From Cycas panzhihuaensis (Eukaryota > Plantae > Cycadophyta), in assembly GCA_023213395.1 (NCBI GenBank), contig CM041465.1:221719741-221783740 (forward strand): 64,000 nt of DNA, written 5' to 3'. Positions 47,500-59,980 of the stretch are shown piece by piece. The notes beneath the pieces were generated by a model. That model was not told the DNA's origin. It did no database searches and worked only from the letters and a program-made list of their open reading frames with translations. Numbering within the stretch: position 1 is the stretch's first letter; the number at the start of each line of letters is the position of its first letter. A program made the position numbers and the translations under genes.

Positions 47500-47920
47500 A
47501 TGGCCTTACTCATCCACACTAATGGAGGTAGTCTTGGTAATCTAGGGCCCTTTGCTACAACTTGGGTTATCTATTGTCCCTTAGGACATGTCTTTATATA
47601 TTTTGGGATCTATTTACCTAAGGCCATAATTAACAAAGTGGAGTATATGGCATTCATGGAGGCCTTAACTAATGTACTTTACTTCTATCATGGCCCCATT
47701 ATCTTGCATTGTGATTCCTAGTTCATAGTATCCTAGTTGACCTAGACCTGTCAAGTCCTTTATCCCAAGTTAAGGTCTTTAGCTACAATGGTCAGGTCCA
47801 TGTTGGCATGTTTCTCCTGGGTCAACATCCATATATCCCTCACGACCAAAATGTCAAAGCCAATAGCCTAGTTAACCTCATCCTTAAGCATCTCCTTCAA
47901 CTTGAAGATGACCCCTTTTA
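47500..47920 (+). pseudogene. Additional (archaeal-type) RNase H, aRH, downstream of integrase in E
   Basis: MALLIHTNGGSLGNLGP...INKVEYMAFMEAL...ILHCDS*FIVS*L...HIPHDQNVKANSL matches the RNase HI motifs DG.S.GNPGP / TNN.AEY.AL / DS.LVV.Q / H.PR..N..AD.L. Confidence 0.8.
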
Positions 47921-50900
47921 GCTCAATAGGATCCCTATTAGAAAGGGGCTTAGAGGGCATCCCCCTGTTTCCTCTTTCACCTTCAAGAGTGGTTGCTAAT
48001 AAGGTAAAACTGTGGTGACTAGAACCTCTATTCATCTAGTTGTTATCTTTGGTTAGCGTGATGAGTCATCCCCTCATCTCTCTAAAGGTTTCTTTGGGTT
48101 TCTAAACCTTATTTTAGGGTCATGCCACCTGCTTGGAGTGTTACTAAGGGCATCTCCCTTTGGTTACTACCCTTCCCTTTTGCCCATACATGCTTAAGAT
48201 TTGTAGCCGCCCACCTTGGGATTGATTTAGTTATACACCCATCTCCCTCCTCAACTCGTGCCTCTTGACCATGCATCCACTATGACACTCATTACCCCCT
48301 TGGTTACACATATATTTGATCTCTTGTTATTACTTAAATTAATAACATTTATGTTGGTAGAATTCACCATCATCTCAACTTCCAAGTAACGAGGTTCTAC
48401 TACTAAGGGAGTAGTGTTTCTTGACTATTAAGAATGGATCATAAGATGGCAACCCACTAGTAAGTGAAGGTACATAGCTCTTCCCCACTCACATCTTTAT
48501 AGTTATATTGTTGGGTCTTAGGTGTTGGTTGAATACATACTCGGTGCTTGCCTAGCTTTCTTATTTCTCTTTTATGCTAATGATGACTAGGACTCTAGTC
48601 TAATGGCCTTAGAACCCCCCATTGTGGCCTAATAGTTTATAAGGTGACCCTTCTGCATTCCTTACAACTTTGTCCCCATCAGATTTTGGCTCATTACCAC
48701 TTATTTCACTTTATTATTTTGCTTTGAATATATGTGATTAGTCACTTAGGGACCTTAAGACTAGTTTGCAGGAGTCTAAAGTGCAAGACTGTAGTTCTAT
48801 GGTTAACTTTTTATATACTACTATTATACTACCCTGATTATTACTTCCAATCAGTAGTGTAATTGTTACTACAGTTGCTTGTAGCTAGTAATGTTCAAAT
48901 TTTGCGATTAATGCTACCCTATTAGAGCTAGCACACCGTGGTAGGCTTAGGCGGATGTATAACAGTCTAGGGAAGCTTACTAATTAATCAAATTACCACT
49001 TTTGTTTGAATTAGAGTAGGATTTTTCAAATCAAACCATGGTAATCTATGGTTTTCAAGAGGATGCTTTCATACATGAAACCACTATCCTAATACTTGAA
49101 TTATAGATATAAAACTCCTTAGTTTGAAAGACTTGGACTTCTTCCTCTCCTAGTTTTCTTGGCTTCTGATTAAACACACTCTCTTAAGAGTTAGAATTGA
49201 GATTCTTCTATGAATTTAGTCCAAATTACAAGCATTCTCATGTTGGATGGGTAAGCTCCAAGGATTTTCTTGATTGTATTCAATAGAATCTTTCATATTT
49301 GGCTCAGATCCTATCTATTTATCTCTGTTTTTCTCATTCCTAAGCTTTAATATTATGGATCACAACTATTTTTTACTTCGCTTCCTTGAAATTTTTGAGA
49401 GACTCACTTAATTAGGTAAAAGATACTACATAATTTATATCATTTCTTTAGAGGAGGAGGATACACCAACAACTTTAAGAAGTCTAAGGAGGATTTTAGG
49501 TGTAGCAATTTACTATTATACCCCTCCCTCTTTGGGTAATCCCCTTCCAAGCTATGTAGTGTTATATCTCTTTGGTGCATGCGCCTTCCACTCCAATATT
49601 AGCCATGCTACCACATGATACTATGATTACATACTATTAATTATTTGGAATCCCCCTAGTTGTTGTGTTCCACCTCGCTTTTATTGATTTTTTATCTAAG
49701 ATGTAGGGATTGGAAGGTTCCACTTGGCTTCACCAAAGAAACCACCTTCATTAGGGATGCCAGTGCCATTCTGAGGCATACCTCACCTCTTCTCCTTATC
49801 TTTAGCACTCTTCTTACACTTTGTTCTCTTGGAAGAAATACTCATACTTAAGTGTAGTGCTTGTATTCTTTTTAGCTATGTGTAGAAGGTAGATTATGAC
49901 ATATATATTACAAATATTGATTGTGGGTAGTCTTCTAACATATATGTAGGGTGGAGAGCAAGCCCCTCCAAAATAGCTTGAAGGACATAGAGGTGAACTA
50001 CATTGCTCAAGGTAAGTTATATTTGTATTTTAGCATGTTTTTTGGTTTCTTTGCTTCTCTTTTGTTTACACATCATTTCTAGTTACGTTTGGGGTGGGTA
50101 AGTGGAGCCCCTTTCATCTTACACCTCTTGCACTACAAATGAGCTTATGAGTAAAGCGAAGGGAAATTAAGGAGGATCAAGGGAAGGAACATCCCCAAAT
50201 ATCATGAACCAGGTGCATGTTTTTAAAACCTTATTCTCCTTATAATTGTTTTACTCTTTGTTAAAGCTCTTACCTTTAACTCCCTCATCATAACAAACTT
50301 CTCTTCCCCTATTTTGTGATTAGTTTCCATTAGTTGCATAATCATTAAAAGAAAATGGATAAATGTTTTAAGGGACATCTTTTGTTGCATGTAGGAAGAA
50401 GGATCATTTTAAAGGAAAAGTTATTTTTCTCCTATTTATTCTTTTTATAAAAGCCATATTGGGGAACATTTGGACTACATATAGAAAAGGGCATCTACTC
50501 TCCATTTTCCTTGTTCTATCTCTCATATGCACTAGTATCTCTTTTCTTGATTAGCATATGATTCCCTAACTCTTTTGAAACATGAGAGAAAAGAAAAATT
50601 AATGAGAGTGAGGCTTAATATCTTCTACATACTATTCATTTATCAGATTCCTTAGTCATTTTGCAACACGAATACAAATAAAACCATATTAACAAGAAAC
50701 CTTAAGAGAAGCACACTATCACTTCACATATCTAACGATCAAATAAGAAAAACAATTTAGACCTTCGCTCCTCTTTTCACTTACCTTTACCATCCCACCC
50801 TCACCCCATGAGGGAACCATTAACCTCTTCTCCCAAAGAGGATAGGAGAAACCCTTACTTGGGAAACTTGATAATCTAAGAGGGTCAAGCCACCTACATA

Positions 50901-51608
50901 CTAATTGCATTTATATGCCAACAAAATCTAAAACCTTATATGTAGAGACGGGAACACGTGCTACACGAGTCCCGAATCCATGCCCAAGCAATGCATGGAC
51001 ATCCTTCATGGGTGAACAAGAGCCATATCACATCCCTTTAGACTTTTGCACCTAAAGTTTATCACGTATAGGTTCATACTTATTTCTTGCCCCCCTATAG
51101 GCATGCTTCCACTACAAAATCATATTTTTATATGAAAATTTCACAAAAAAAGAAAATGTTTCATATTATAGACTTGCCAAATAGTATACCCCATGATGTA
51201 TCTTTATAGTATACACTCTTTGGTACTCATGATACTCTCCAAACATATCCTAGAGCTCCACTAGATCACAATTTCACTCTAAAAAGTACTTTGACTCTAA
51301 CTCTTACTAATGAAAATGAAAGTTGAATAACTCCCTTTTCATATAAAAGATTCCCTTTTCATCTAAAAAGCAAAAAAAATCTTCACTCAATTTACTTCTA
51401 TAATATGAGTATGTTATAATTTAGAGATCCATATTCATCATATTTATACCTTTATTCATTAGTTTATCCTCATTATTGATCTTTCAGCTCATTACTAAAG
51501 CTAATGGGTTTTACTTAAGGAAGCTATTCACTTAAAGTCAATTTCTACAACCATAAGCATGTTTATAGTCCATGGAGTCCATTTGTGATACTTATTTCAA
51601 ATTTTATT

Positions 51609-51885
51609 ATCATGCTCTAAGAATTCATCTATTGAAGAGCTTAAACTATGATAGTCATGCTCTAAGAATTCATTTGTTAAGGAGCTTAAACTATGACAAT
51701 CATATTCCAAGAATTCATTTGTTGAAGAGCTTAAACTATGATAGTCATGCTCTAATAATCCACTTGTTGAAGAGCCTAAACTATGACAGTCAAGCTCTAA
51801 AAAGTCACCTACTAATGAGCTTAAACTATGGTAATCTTTAGCTCCAAAAAGTAATTCATTAATAAGCCTAAACTATGATAGTCTT
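51609..51885 (+). repeat. 42-bp tandem repeat x~6.5 in the 3' region of D
   Basis: Unit AGTCATGCTCTAAGAATTCATTTGTTGAAGAGCTTAAACTATGAT-like; it produces the repetitive ORF 51572-51841. Confidence 0.92.
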
Positions 51886-54800
51886 CTCTCATTGTACTCT
51901 TACATAGGACCCTTACTCCAAGGCATTACTAATGAGATTAAATTATGGCAACACCCATACTTTTTTTAGCTTCATCAATTCAATGGTCAATCTAGTATCA
52001 CTAATGATTTAGATCAGTAGTTTAGTTATGGTTCAAATGTGTTATTCTTAATCTTATTAGAATTAGTGTTAATTAAAGTTATTTTTACCATTACCCCATT
52101 ACATATAGTCTCATCATCTAGATTTCACTTTTATTATGAATTTAAGAACATATCTACTTTTGACTCTAAGTTGCCAACATTCACCATCCTGCTCTTATTC
52201 TAAAAAAGGAGCCTCTAGTGATAAAGGGGCAAATGTTTCACTAAAATTTGCCTTTTTTACTTAACTAGGATATTTATTATAGATTATTTGATGATGGACT
52301 TTGGTATGTGCATTTTGTTATATATTTGCTTTCATGCAGAGTCAGTATTTAATTCTTGATTCATTATATCATAGATTAGTTATGTTTACATATACATTTA
52401 GACTTTTATGATGTTATTTTAGGTTATGGTCTGATGATTGAATGGTTGATTATATGTGATAATGATTATCCACTTACTTATGACTGGTACTATGGAACGT
52501 CTATGAAATTATGTTATTCAACCTCCTCATGCATTATTCTACTTTATATTTGATATTATTTTAATTTGGCTTATTTGATTTTATTCACATATTTAGCCTC
52601 ATTTATTTGCTTTGAGTCTCATTGATTTTAGCCTTATTAGTTAGTGTTTAAGTTAAATAATCTTTAGTAGACTGATTCATCTAATAAAAAATTTATTTAT
52701 TTATTTATTTTAATCATTTTCTCTTTATTGTATTTTTAGTTATTCTAAAAATGTGACTTTATAAATAAAATGTGACCATTGCATTTTATTAAGAAAATCA
52801 TATATTTGATCCTTAATAAAATGCAACCATCATTTTATGAAGGAAATCATATTTTTAAATGTGTTATTCGTAAATGTTTTAGTAGGAATGCTAATTTTCC
52901 TTTTTTTCTTAGTGATCACTACTTAGATCATTAGGGGCATGTCACCTAACCCTCTTTGACCACCTCTCAGCCTTTAGAAATAGATTCATGCATAGTTTTA
53001 GTGGGAAATTATTGAGATCATGAAAAAAAATCATGGCATAGTTTCTAATTGAGATTGATTCTGTGCTCTGGGAGAGCTGGGGGCAAGAAAAGGGGGTCTA
53101 GTAGCATCCATTAGAATCTATTAGTAGTTATAGAGTCTAATTATGACCTTTTTAGACAGAGTTTAGAGGTTTTCTTATGTGTATCCCTTCTCAAGTGATC
53201 TTGCCTTTAAGATTGCCTAGTTTTTTATGAGATTTAGCTTATCTTACCTAAACTATTTGAGATCTAATTGGGGATCCATCCTTATGATACTTAGTTCAAC
53301 TTACTATGAGGAATAGTGGGCTATATTTACCTTATCTCCTACTTAATTCTCATGTTTTCTTGCTCATTCATCCATTGAAAGTGATCTCCTACAACTTTCA
53401 CTACCTTTGCTTGTGTTGTTTACCTTCTCTATTAATACTTTTATCATCATTTCTATAATCCTCATGGCCTTAAAGACTTGATGGTGAAGATTGGGCAAGA
53501 ACTTGGCACCATTCTAAGGTAAATATTATTGGATTTAATAATCTTTAAGGGAAAATTATTTAGTTTTATTGCTAGTGGATCGTATTAAAAAGGTTTAAAA
53601 TATATTTTTTTTAAAAAAAGTTTTTCTTATTCTTATTGTTATCTCTCATCACTTTTGAAGTTGTATGATTCAATAGTATGTTTGGCTTGTTGTAAATGTT
53701 TTAATCCTTGTATTTACGCACTTTTTTACTCTCTCATTCTCTTTTTCTCTTAATTCTCAATGAGTTTGGCCCTTCAAAGGGTTGATATATAGATTCCCAA
53801 ACTTTTGAGAAGAGGTAGAATTGGAAATTTGAGAAACCTATTGGTTGAAATAGATAATTTCCTTACATGTAAAAGGTTATCTTCTATTATGTGATAACTA
53901 CAAATTAGCTTTCCTTATTTCAAGAATTGTATATAAGAGATATTATCATTTTTTCCTATCTTTGGAATATTTATATATTACTACTTTCATCATCAAGTTT
54001 AACTTGGACACAATGGAGGTATTCCAAGTGAGAACAATTATTTCAACACCAAATCTAATCATTAGGTATACAAATCATTTTTCCTTAAAGATATTTATCT
54101 TTCTTAGTTTTCAAATTATTAAATAGGTGAAACAAGAAAAAGAAACCAAAGTGGATTATCTCTTATTTTCACCTTCTTTGCTTTGATTGCTTTCATTTGT
54201 TGCATCTACATACATAAAAAAAAAGGGAAAAGTCTCCATTTTGTATGGTTTATTATTGTGGATCTTTGACTTGAGCTTATAATTGATTTATTATCTATCT
54301 CTTTACTTTTTGCATTCTATTAAGTACAACTTTTGTGCTTAGATCTCTCTTCCTCTTATGTCTTTTCTGCTTGTATACATGTTGTTTAATGTCTTCATGT
54401 AAATGAAAGATGCATCATAGTTGTTTCATACATGTTTGTTTTGATTTGTTTTAGTTTCTCATTGTATGCAAATGTTTCTATTTTGATTTGTTGTCATTCC
54501 CTTTATCTATAGTTTATCCATAAATAGGCAAGGACTCCTCCTCAAGAGTTGGTAAAAAGGCTTACACTTTAGACTAGTCACTATAGTTACCCTATTATGA
54601 TTGGCCCAAAGCCATCAAGCCACCGCTTATGATCCTAGTAATTTTGTGATATTTCTATTATGTTTTTTTCTTATTGATTTAGTTATTTGATGTTATGTTG
54701 ACTGCATTTCTATCATGGTATTAGCATGATTTTCTATTTCTAATATTGTATTTAAGCTTTAGTGAAAATTTTAGGTTATTGCTAGTTCTTCATCTATTAT

Positions 54801-55409
54801 AGGTTTGCCATTATTAAGGTGTTCTTAAAGTTAAGGTTTCTAGTTTGCCAACGATTCGTCGTGCTCCATTATGTGATTCCATTTATGCACATGTATGATG
54901 CTCCTTTATCCATTGTTTATTTGAATAATGTTATTTATGGATTTGTGTTGGCATCATTTATTCTTAACTATTAGGCACCCATGCCTTCCTCCTATCAAGC
55001 ATAAGCCACTATTTCATCAAAGATCCTCATGCAAAGAGAAGATGATACTCTCTTGTTCATGGTAAATATTCTTACATAAAGATGTCTTTGCATGAGCTTA
55101 TAAGAAACTATACCTCTACATAACTCCATTGAAGACTAAGTATATCTACTCCATTATGCACATACTTGTGTACTAGTTAAGTTCATTTAAACCCACCAAG
55201 ATTTTATGTTTCATGTGTGTAGAGAAATTTTACTTCAAAGTTGATGTATTATTTTGGGATTGTAAGAAAATTTTGAGAAGTAAAATTTATATTGGATGAC
55301 ATACTAACTATGATGAACTAATATTTTTATTTACAATTCCATATAAATGAATGTTTGCACATATTTTAATTGATTTTTATTAGCAAATAAATTTTTCTTG
55401 CCCACTTCT

Positions 55410-56470
55410 TGTGATTCCTAAATTTAATGGGAAATTTTACTTTTTCTTGTTAAGAAGAATAAAACCTTCTTTGGAAGTAAGAAATTTATGGGAAATTACT
55501 CCTAAAGGATACAAAGCTCTAAAACTAGTTTATCTTGAAGTAAAAATAACACCTGATAAAGAATAAGAATCAATAGAACTATTAGAAAAAGATGTAGAAG
55601 CACTCAGTTACATCTTTCCACTTTGGAAAGAAATATATATAACTAGGTATATGATGCTGTTATTATAAAAAGAAGCATGGGATATGTTGAAATATATTTA
55701 TACTCCAAAAATCAAGATAGTTGAAGAAAATCTAGTGATTGTTGAAGATAAGACTAAATCTAAAAAGGTAGATGAACTGGTCATCCCATTTATTTATGCT
55801 CATTGTAGAAGACCAAAGCCTCAAGATAATACTGTAGGTGATACTCAAACAAATGTAGAATTCTAAGAAGAGGAGGTATGACATAAACTTGAAGAAAAGG
55901 GAAAAAAGATATGCCAACAAAAGTAAAACACTGTTGATAAAGTTGTTGATGAATCTTCTACTATTGAAAACACTACTAAATCCATTATTGTTGAGATTGC
56001 TATTATTGAGAATGTTGAATATGAAGTTGTTATTAAATAATCAAATGATGATTTTGATTGTTCAAATGATGAGAACAATTTATAAGTTGAAGAAATCAAA
56101 GAGACTAGGATTGAGTCTAATCTAGGAGATTTTCCTATGATTTAGAGAGATCAAGCTAAATCAAAAAAATAAGATGAAATAAATATTCTTTAAATAGCTT
56201 ACTCAATGGAGATAATTGAAGACCTATATCAAACAATATACTTGATTGAACTAGAGATTTAATATGATTTTAAAAATGTTATACAATTAATGAAGACTCT
56301 AGTATTACTAGATAAAATTAAGCATATTAATATCAATCATCACTACAAGCAAGAGTTAAAATGATAGAGATAAGTTAAAGATCCAGATCTAATTGAAGAT
56401 AAAGTATCAGATATCGTTTTCAAGAAATTTCTAAGAACTAAACATTAGAAATTGAAATAAATATTAATGT
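55410..56470 (+). pseudogene. Copia gag N-terminus and RNase H C-terminus remnants of C
   Basis: PKFNGK...LEVRNLWEI..KG (~55415-55510) and KIKHINI.HHY..E...VSDI (~56315-56420). The central pol is missing. Confidence 0.65.
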
Positions 56471-58319
56471 TCCAAAATGTCCATTAAGTGGGAGTGCTAG
56501 AATATTAAAATATTAGAGAAAATTAGGAAATATTTATTGATATATATTTATCTATGAAATACTCAAAAATGGTAGACACCACACCAAAGACAAAATCTAC
56601 TATATAAGGACATCAATAGTAAATGAGATGATATATTGTATAGCATGTAGTATAACATATTACGTAGTATTTAATATTCTTAAAAATAAAAAAATGAAGG
56701 CATTCTATGATACATTTATGATCCAAGTATTTCTATGATATTTTTTTTATGTTATTTTCTCATTCATTCAACTATTTAATATTATGTTGGTTGTATTTCT
56801 ATAATGGTATCAATATGATTTTGCATCTCTAATACACCTTACCTATTTTAATGTCAATTTTAGAGGTTTTTTGGGGTATTTTTGTAAGCTATAACAAACA
56901 TTTTGCCATATGTTAATTAAGTAAGAAGAAATATTGCTAGATTTTTCTTAGATTTCTCTAATGTCTAATATGTCAGAATCAAGTATTGTTTTATTTTGTA
57001 TGGCAAAAAGGGAGCAATTAAAAAGATAAAAAGTGAATAAATTGGAGTGTTTTCAATCAAGTAGAATCACGTCCCTCCTTTGATCAAACTTTAAAGCATA
57101 ATTTCATCCAAAAGGGGGGGGAAATAAGTTTAATTTCTTGTATCTACTCAAAAGAGTAATCATTCTTCTCCCTCCTATGCATTTTATTTTTAAAAAAAGG
57201 AAAAGGAAAAGAAATACTTTCTATTTGTATTTCCTATATGACAAGCTTGCATATGTATGTTATTTTCCTTTTGTTTTTTGTTGAATTAAAATAAAAAAGA
57301 AAGAAAGAGTTAGGTCTAAACTAGGAGTTGTTCTAGTTTAGGAACCCATGGCATGAAAAGTATTTATATGCATTATTGTAAGTCCTTGAATTCATGGGTG
57401 ATAGGTCCTACATTAGTTAGATTTCTTTGTTATATGCATGAAAATAAAATCATATACCACCTACATTTTAGGAGTGTGTTATTTGTTCTTTATTCTTCTT
57501 AGGAGTAGGGTGTCACTTTAGAAAAGGAGGGGCCAACTACTATAATAGCCTTGCACCTAAGGTAACAATAAGTCTCGCCATGTTCTAAATAGTCTAGTTG
57601 TAGATAATTATCTTGATTGCATGTGATTGAGAGAGCTAAGTGAGCACTATAAACTATATTAAAAGTAGACTTTCTAACAATTTTCTTCCTTGGAGAGTAG
57701 ATTATGTGGAATTAGATATAAGTAGTACCTTAGTAAGCCTATTTACATTTTAGGTGAAGTTGGTACATTTAGTCTCTAGACATCTAACCACTCGATTGGG
57801 ATTGCTAACTGCTGGTTTGACTCCATATAGTTTCTTCTCCAAAAAAATTCTCCCTCTTTTTGGTTCATTCAATTGAACATACATGCCTACTAGCTAGGTA
57901 GGATTAGGAGAGGTCATCAAGGTCATTACTTTTGGTGGGGTTAGACTATAGGATAGGATCATAGGATTACAATGACATTGGGGCATAATTGGCTTAATAA
58001 CACATCTAACTCCTAAGAGTTTCTTATACGTTGTATGCCTCTTTTGGAAGGATTATTTTAGTTATCTCTCTATTTGATAAGTATGACATGCTTGATCTCT
58101 CTCTGGTCTTATCCTTTGGTTACACTATTTGTAGATAGCTTGCTTGGTCTATTTATAGAGGTTCTCCATACTCCTTCACTTAGCACATGACATCCTTTCT
58201 CTTACATGACATTTTCACTTACATTCATATATACGAGGTGCACAATAATCTAGGAGGAGTCAATAGGACTTCCTTCATTGACTTAGGCCCTTAACCCTAG
58301 GTCCTAAGTTAAGTTGAGT

Positions 58320-58540
58320 GGGCCTTCTCTACCTCCCTAGTTATAATTTCCAAATGATTTCCTTCCCTTATTATATATACCTAATTTAACCTCAAAGAAT
58401 TTAATTATGATTTTATATAAAATTTATCCTTAAGATAGTTAACTATGATTTTATATTGAATGTGGCCTTAATATAATTAATTAACCTTGATATAGTTAAT
58501 TAGTATCTTCTATAGAAGTTGGCCTAGTGAATGGAATACA
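58320..58540 (-). repeat. LTR-end fragment of the same family as 3760-3978
   Basis: Shared blocks, e.g. GAATTTAATT.T.AT.T.ATATAAAA.TT..CCTTAAG..AGTTAA.TATGATTTTATATT.AAT, both ending ..ACA. The left boundary is not determined and may extend well upstream. Confidence 0.7.
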
Positions 58541-58599
58541 ATATACCCTATTGGTCAAATTTTCCATAAAAGTAGGAGCTCTAAAATCAAGTAATATAC

Positions 58600-59390
58600 T
58601 TATTAGAAAACACATTCATAAGACATTAGGAATCCTCTTTTAGTATTATTGTATGTTAATAAGAGAAAGGGATGGAATGATATAAATGTGTATTTATTAT
58701 AGATCCTAAAGAAGAGTCACCATATAAAATATATACTTATTACTTAAGATATATGTCTCATAAGATTGCACAAAAACGAATAAATATTCTCTATTTTTAA
58801 TCATAAGAATGGTTACTACTAAATTAGAATACATAAGATAAATGTGATTAAAAATTCCTTTGCCACTGGAGATGGACATTAGAGGTTCCTTGTAATTCCA
58901 TTTAGTTTGATTGATGTATCAACATTCTTTGTGAGGCCAATGAATAATATTTTCAAACCTATTTATGGCTATCTTCTTAGATAACAATATGATCTTTAGT
59001 AAAACTAGGAAGAACATATAAAACCCTTAAAAAATCTTTTACAAATAAAATAGAAGGAAAATTATATATTAAAATATTAAAATGTGACTTTTACAAAGAG
59101 GAAATAAAATATTTAGGATGCACGATTTTAAAGGAGGGTATTGTAGAAGTTCCTAAGAAGATTCAAGTAATAAAAGATTGGATTAGTTCTTAAAATATGC
59201 ATGATAGTAGAAACTATTTAGGGATTTATAATTTTATGTAAGAGACTTATACTAAAATTCTCAAAAATAGTTACACCCCTTCCACAAATGATAAGGAAAG
59301 TTGGAGGATTTAGTTAGAAAAAAAGGCAATAAGTTAGTTTCAAGTTGTTGAAATATAAATTAACAAAGGTGCTTATCTATAGTAGACCCA
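58600..59390 (+). pseudogene. Ty3/Gypsy RT remnant
   Basis: GYY*IRI...IKNSFATGDGH*RFLVIPFSL.D.STFF.R.MNNIFKP, IFSKT.EEH, KCDFYKEEIKYLG and KIQVIKDW. Confidence 0.8.
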
Positions 59391-59393
59391 AGC

Positions 59394-59980
59394 TAATCAT
59401 TCAATATATAACATAAATAATCAATATATAATATTAAATATTTAGTAATTTTCCCAAGCATTGAAGTGCTAAAAATAGGTATTAACCCATACCAAATAAT
59501 AATAAATTGGTATGCATTTATAAATTAGGGCCTCCCTATTTATAAGAATTGAAATAGACCCTTTTTTTTTTTAATTAATTTTATAATACTACTAATTAAA
59601 CAAAATATCAATGTCACTATTAGTTTCAAGTTTATTATAATCTCTCCCTCCTTCAAAAGATATTTCACCCTTAAAGTATTATTAACTTGTTCTTTATAGA
59701 TCCATAATTCTTCTTCCTTGTATAATATTTCCCATAAGTGTAGGAGAGGTAATGTATATACTCAATCCACCATTCTCTAAGACCAAAATATTGTAGGCAT
59801 TTGGTCTTCCTTTATGTTAACTTCTTGAAGCAACCCATATGTGTCTTTTCCCCATATATGATAATGCCCTATTTAGAATAACTTTTATACAAGACCCTAC
59901 ACTTAGAAGATTATGGGACCTATGTATTTTAAATTCAATTTATTTGAGGTCTTACCTTCCATTTTTGAATTATGTTAATT
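59394..59980 (-). mobile_element. 3' end relic of a minus-strand Gypsy element (integrase C-terminus, PPT, LTR part)
   Basis: KLNLKYIGP (GPY/F motif, ~59915-59941) and minus-strand PPT AAGGAGGGAGA (59643-59653) next to an LTR-like segment. Confidence 0.5.

Larger units (their letters stand above)
37448..51111 (+). mobile_element. LTR element E: Tat-clade Ty3/Gypsy with ~2.7 kb LTRs, inserted in D
   Basis: LTRs 37448-40210 and 48415-51111 (TGTTTC..TTCCA). PBS TAGTGACCATACTAGGGAC 40212-40230 (decayed Ogre/Tat-type TGGCGAC..CACTGGGGAC), PPT AAGGGAGTAG 48405-48414, TSD CTATG/CTACA. Confidence 0.92.
29456..54622 (+). mobile_element. LTR element D: non-autonomous Tat/Ogre-like Gypsy with ~2.4-2.5 kb LTRs
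   Basis: LTRs 29456-31974 and 52234-54622 (TGTTTC..CCA). PBS-like TAGTGACCATA ~31980, PPT AAAGGGGCAAA 52223-52233, decayed TSD CTATT/CCGCT. A gag remnant is present but no RT or integrase was seen. Confidence 0.88.
29231..56834 (+). mobile_element. LTR element C: internally deleted Ty1/Copia, 5' LTR split by D
   Basis: 5' LTR 29231-29455 + 54628-54745 (343 bp) matches 3' LTR 56495-56834 (340 bp). Decayed PBS TTGTATTTAAGC 54746-54757, PPT AAGTGGGAG ending 56494, TSD CATCT/CACCT. Confidence 0.85.

Noticed and set aside
51572-51885. Regular 42-bp array and repetitive 89-aa ORF, superficially CRISPR-like
   Set aside because: Whole units are homologous with no unique spacers, there are no cas genes, and the context is a plant retroelement. 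The ORF is a by-product of a unit length divisible by three.
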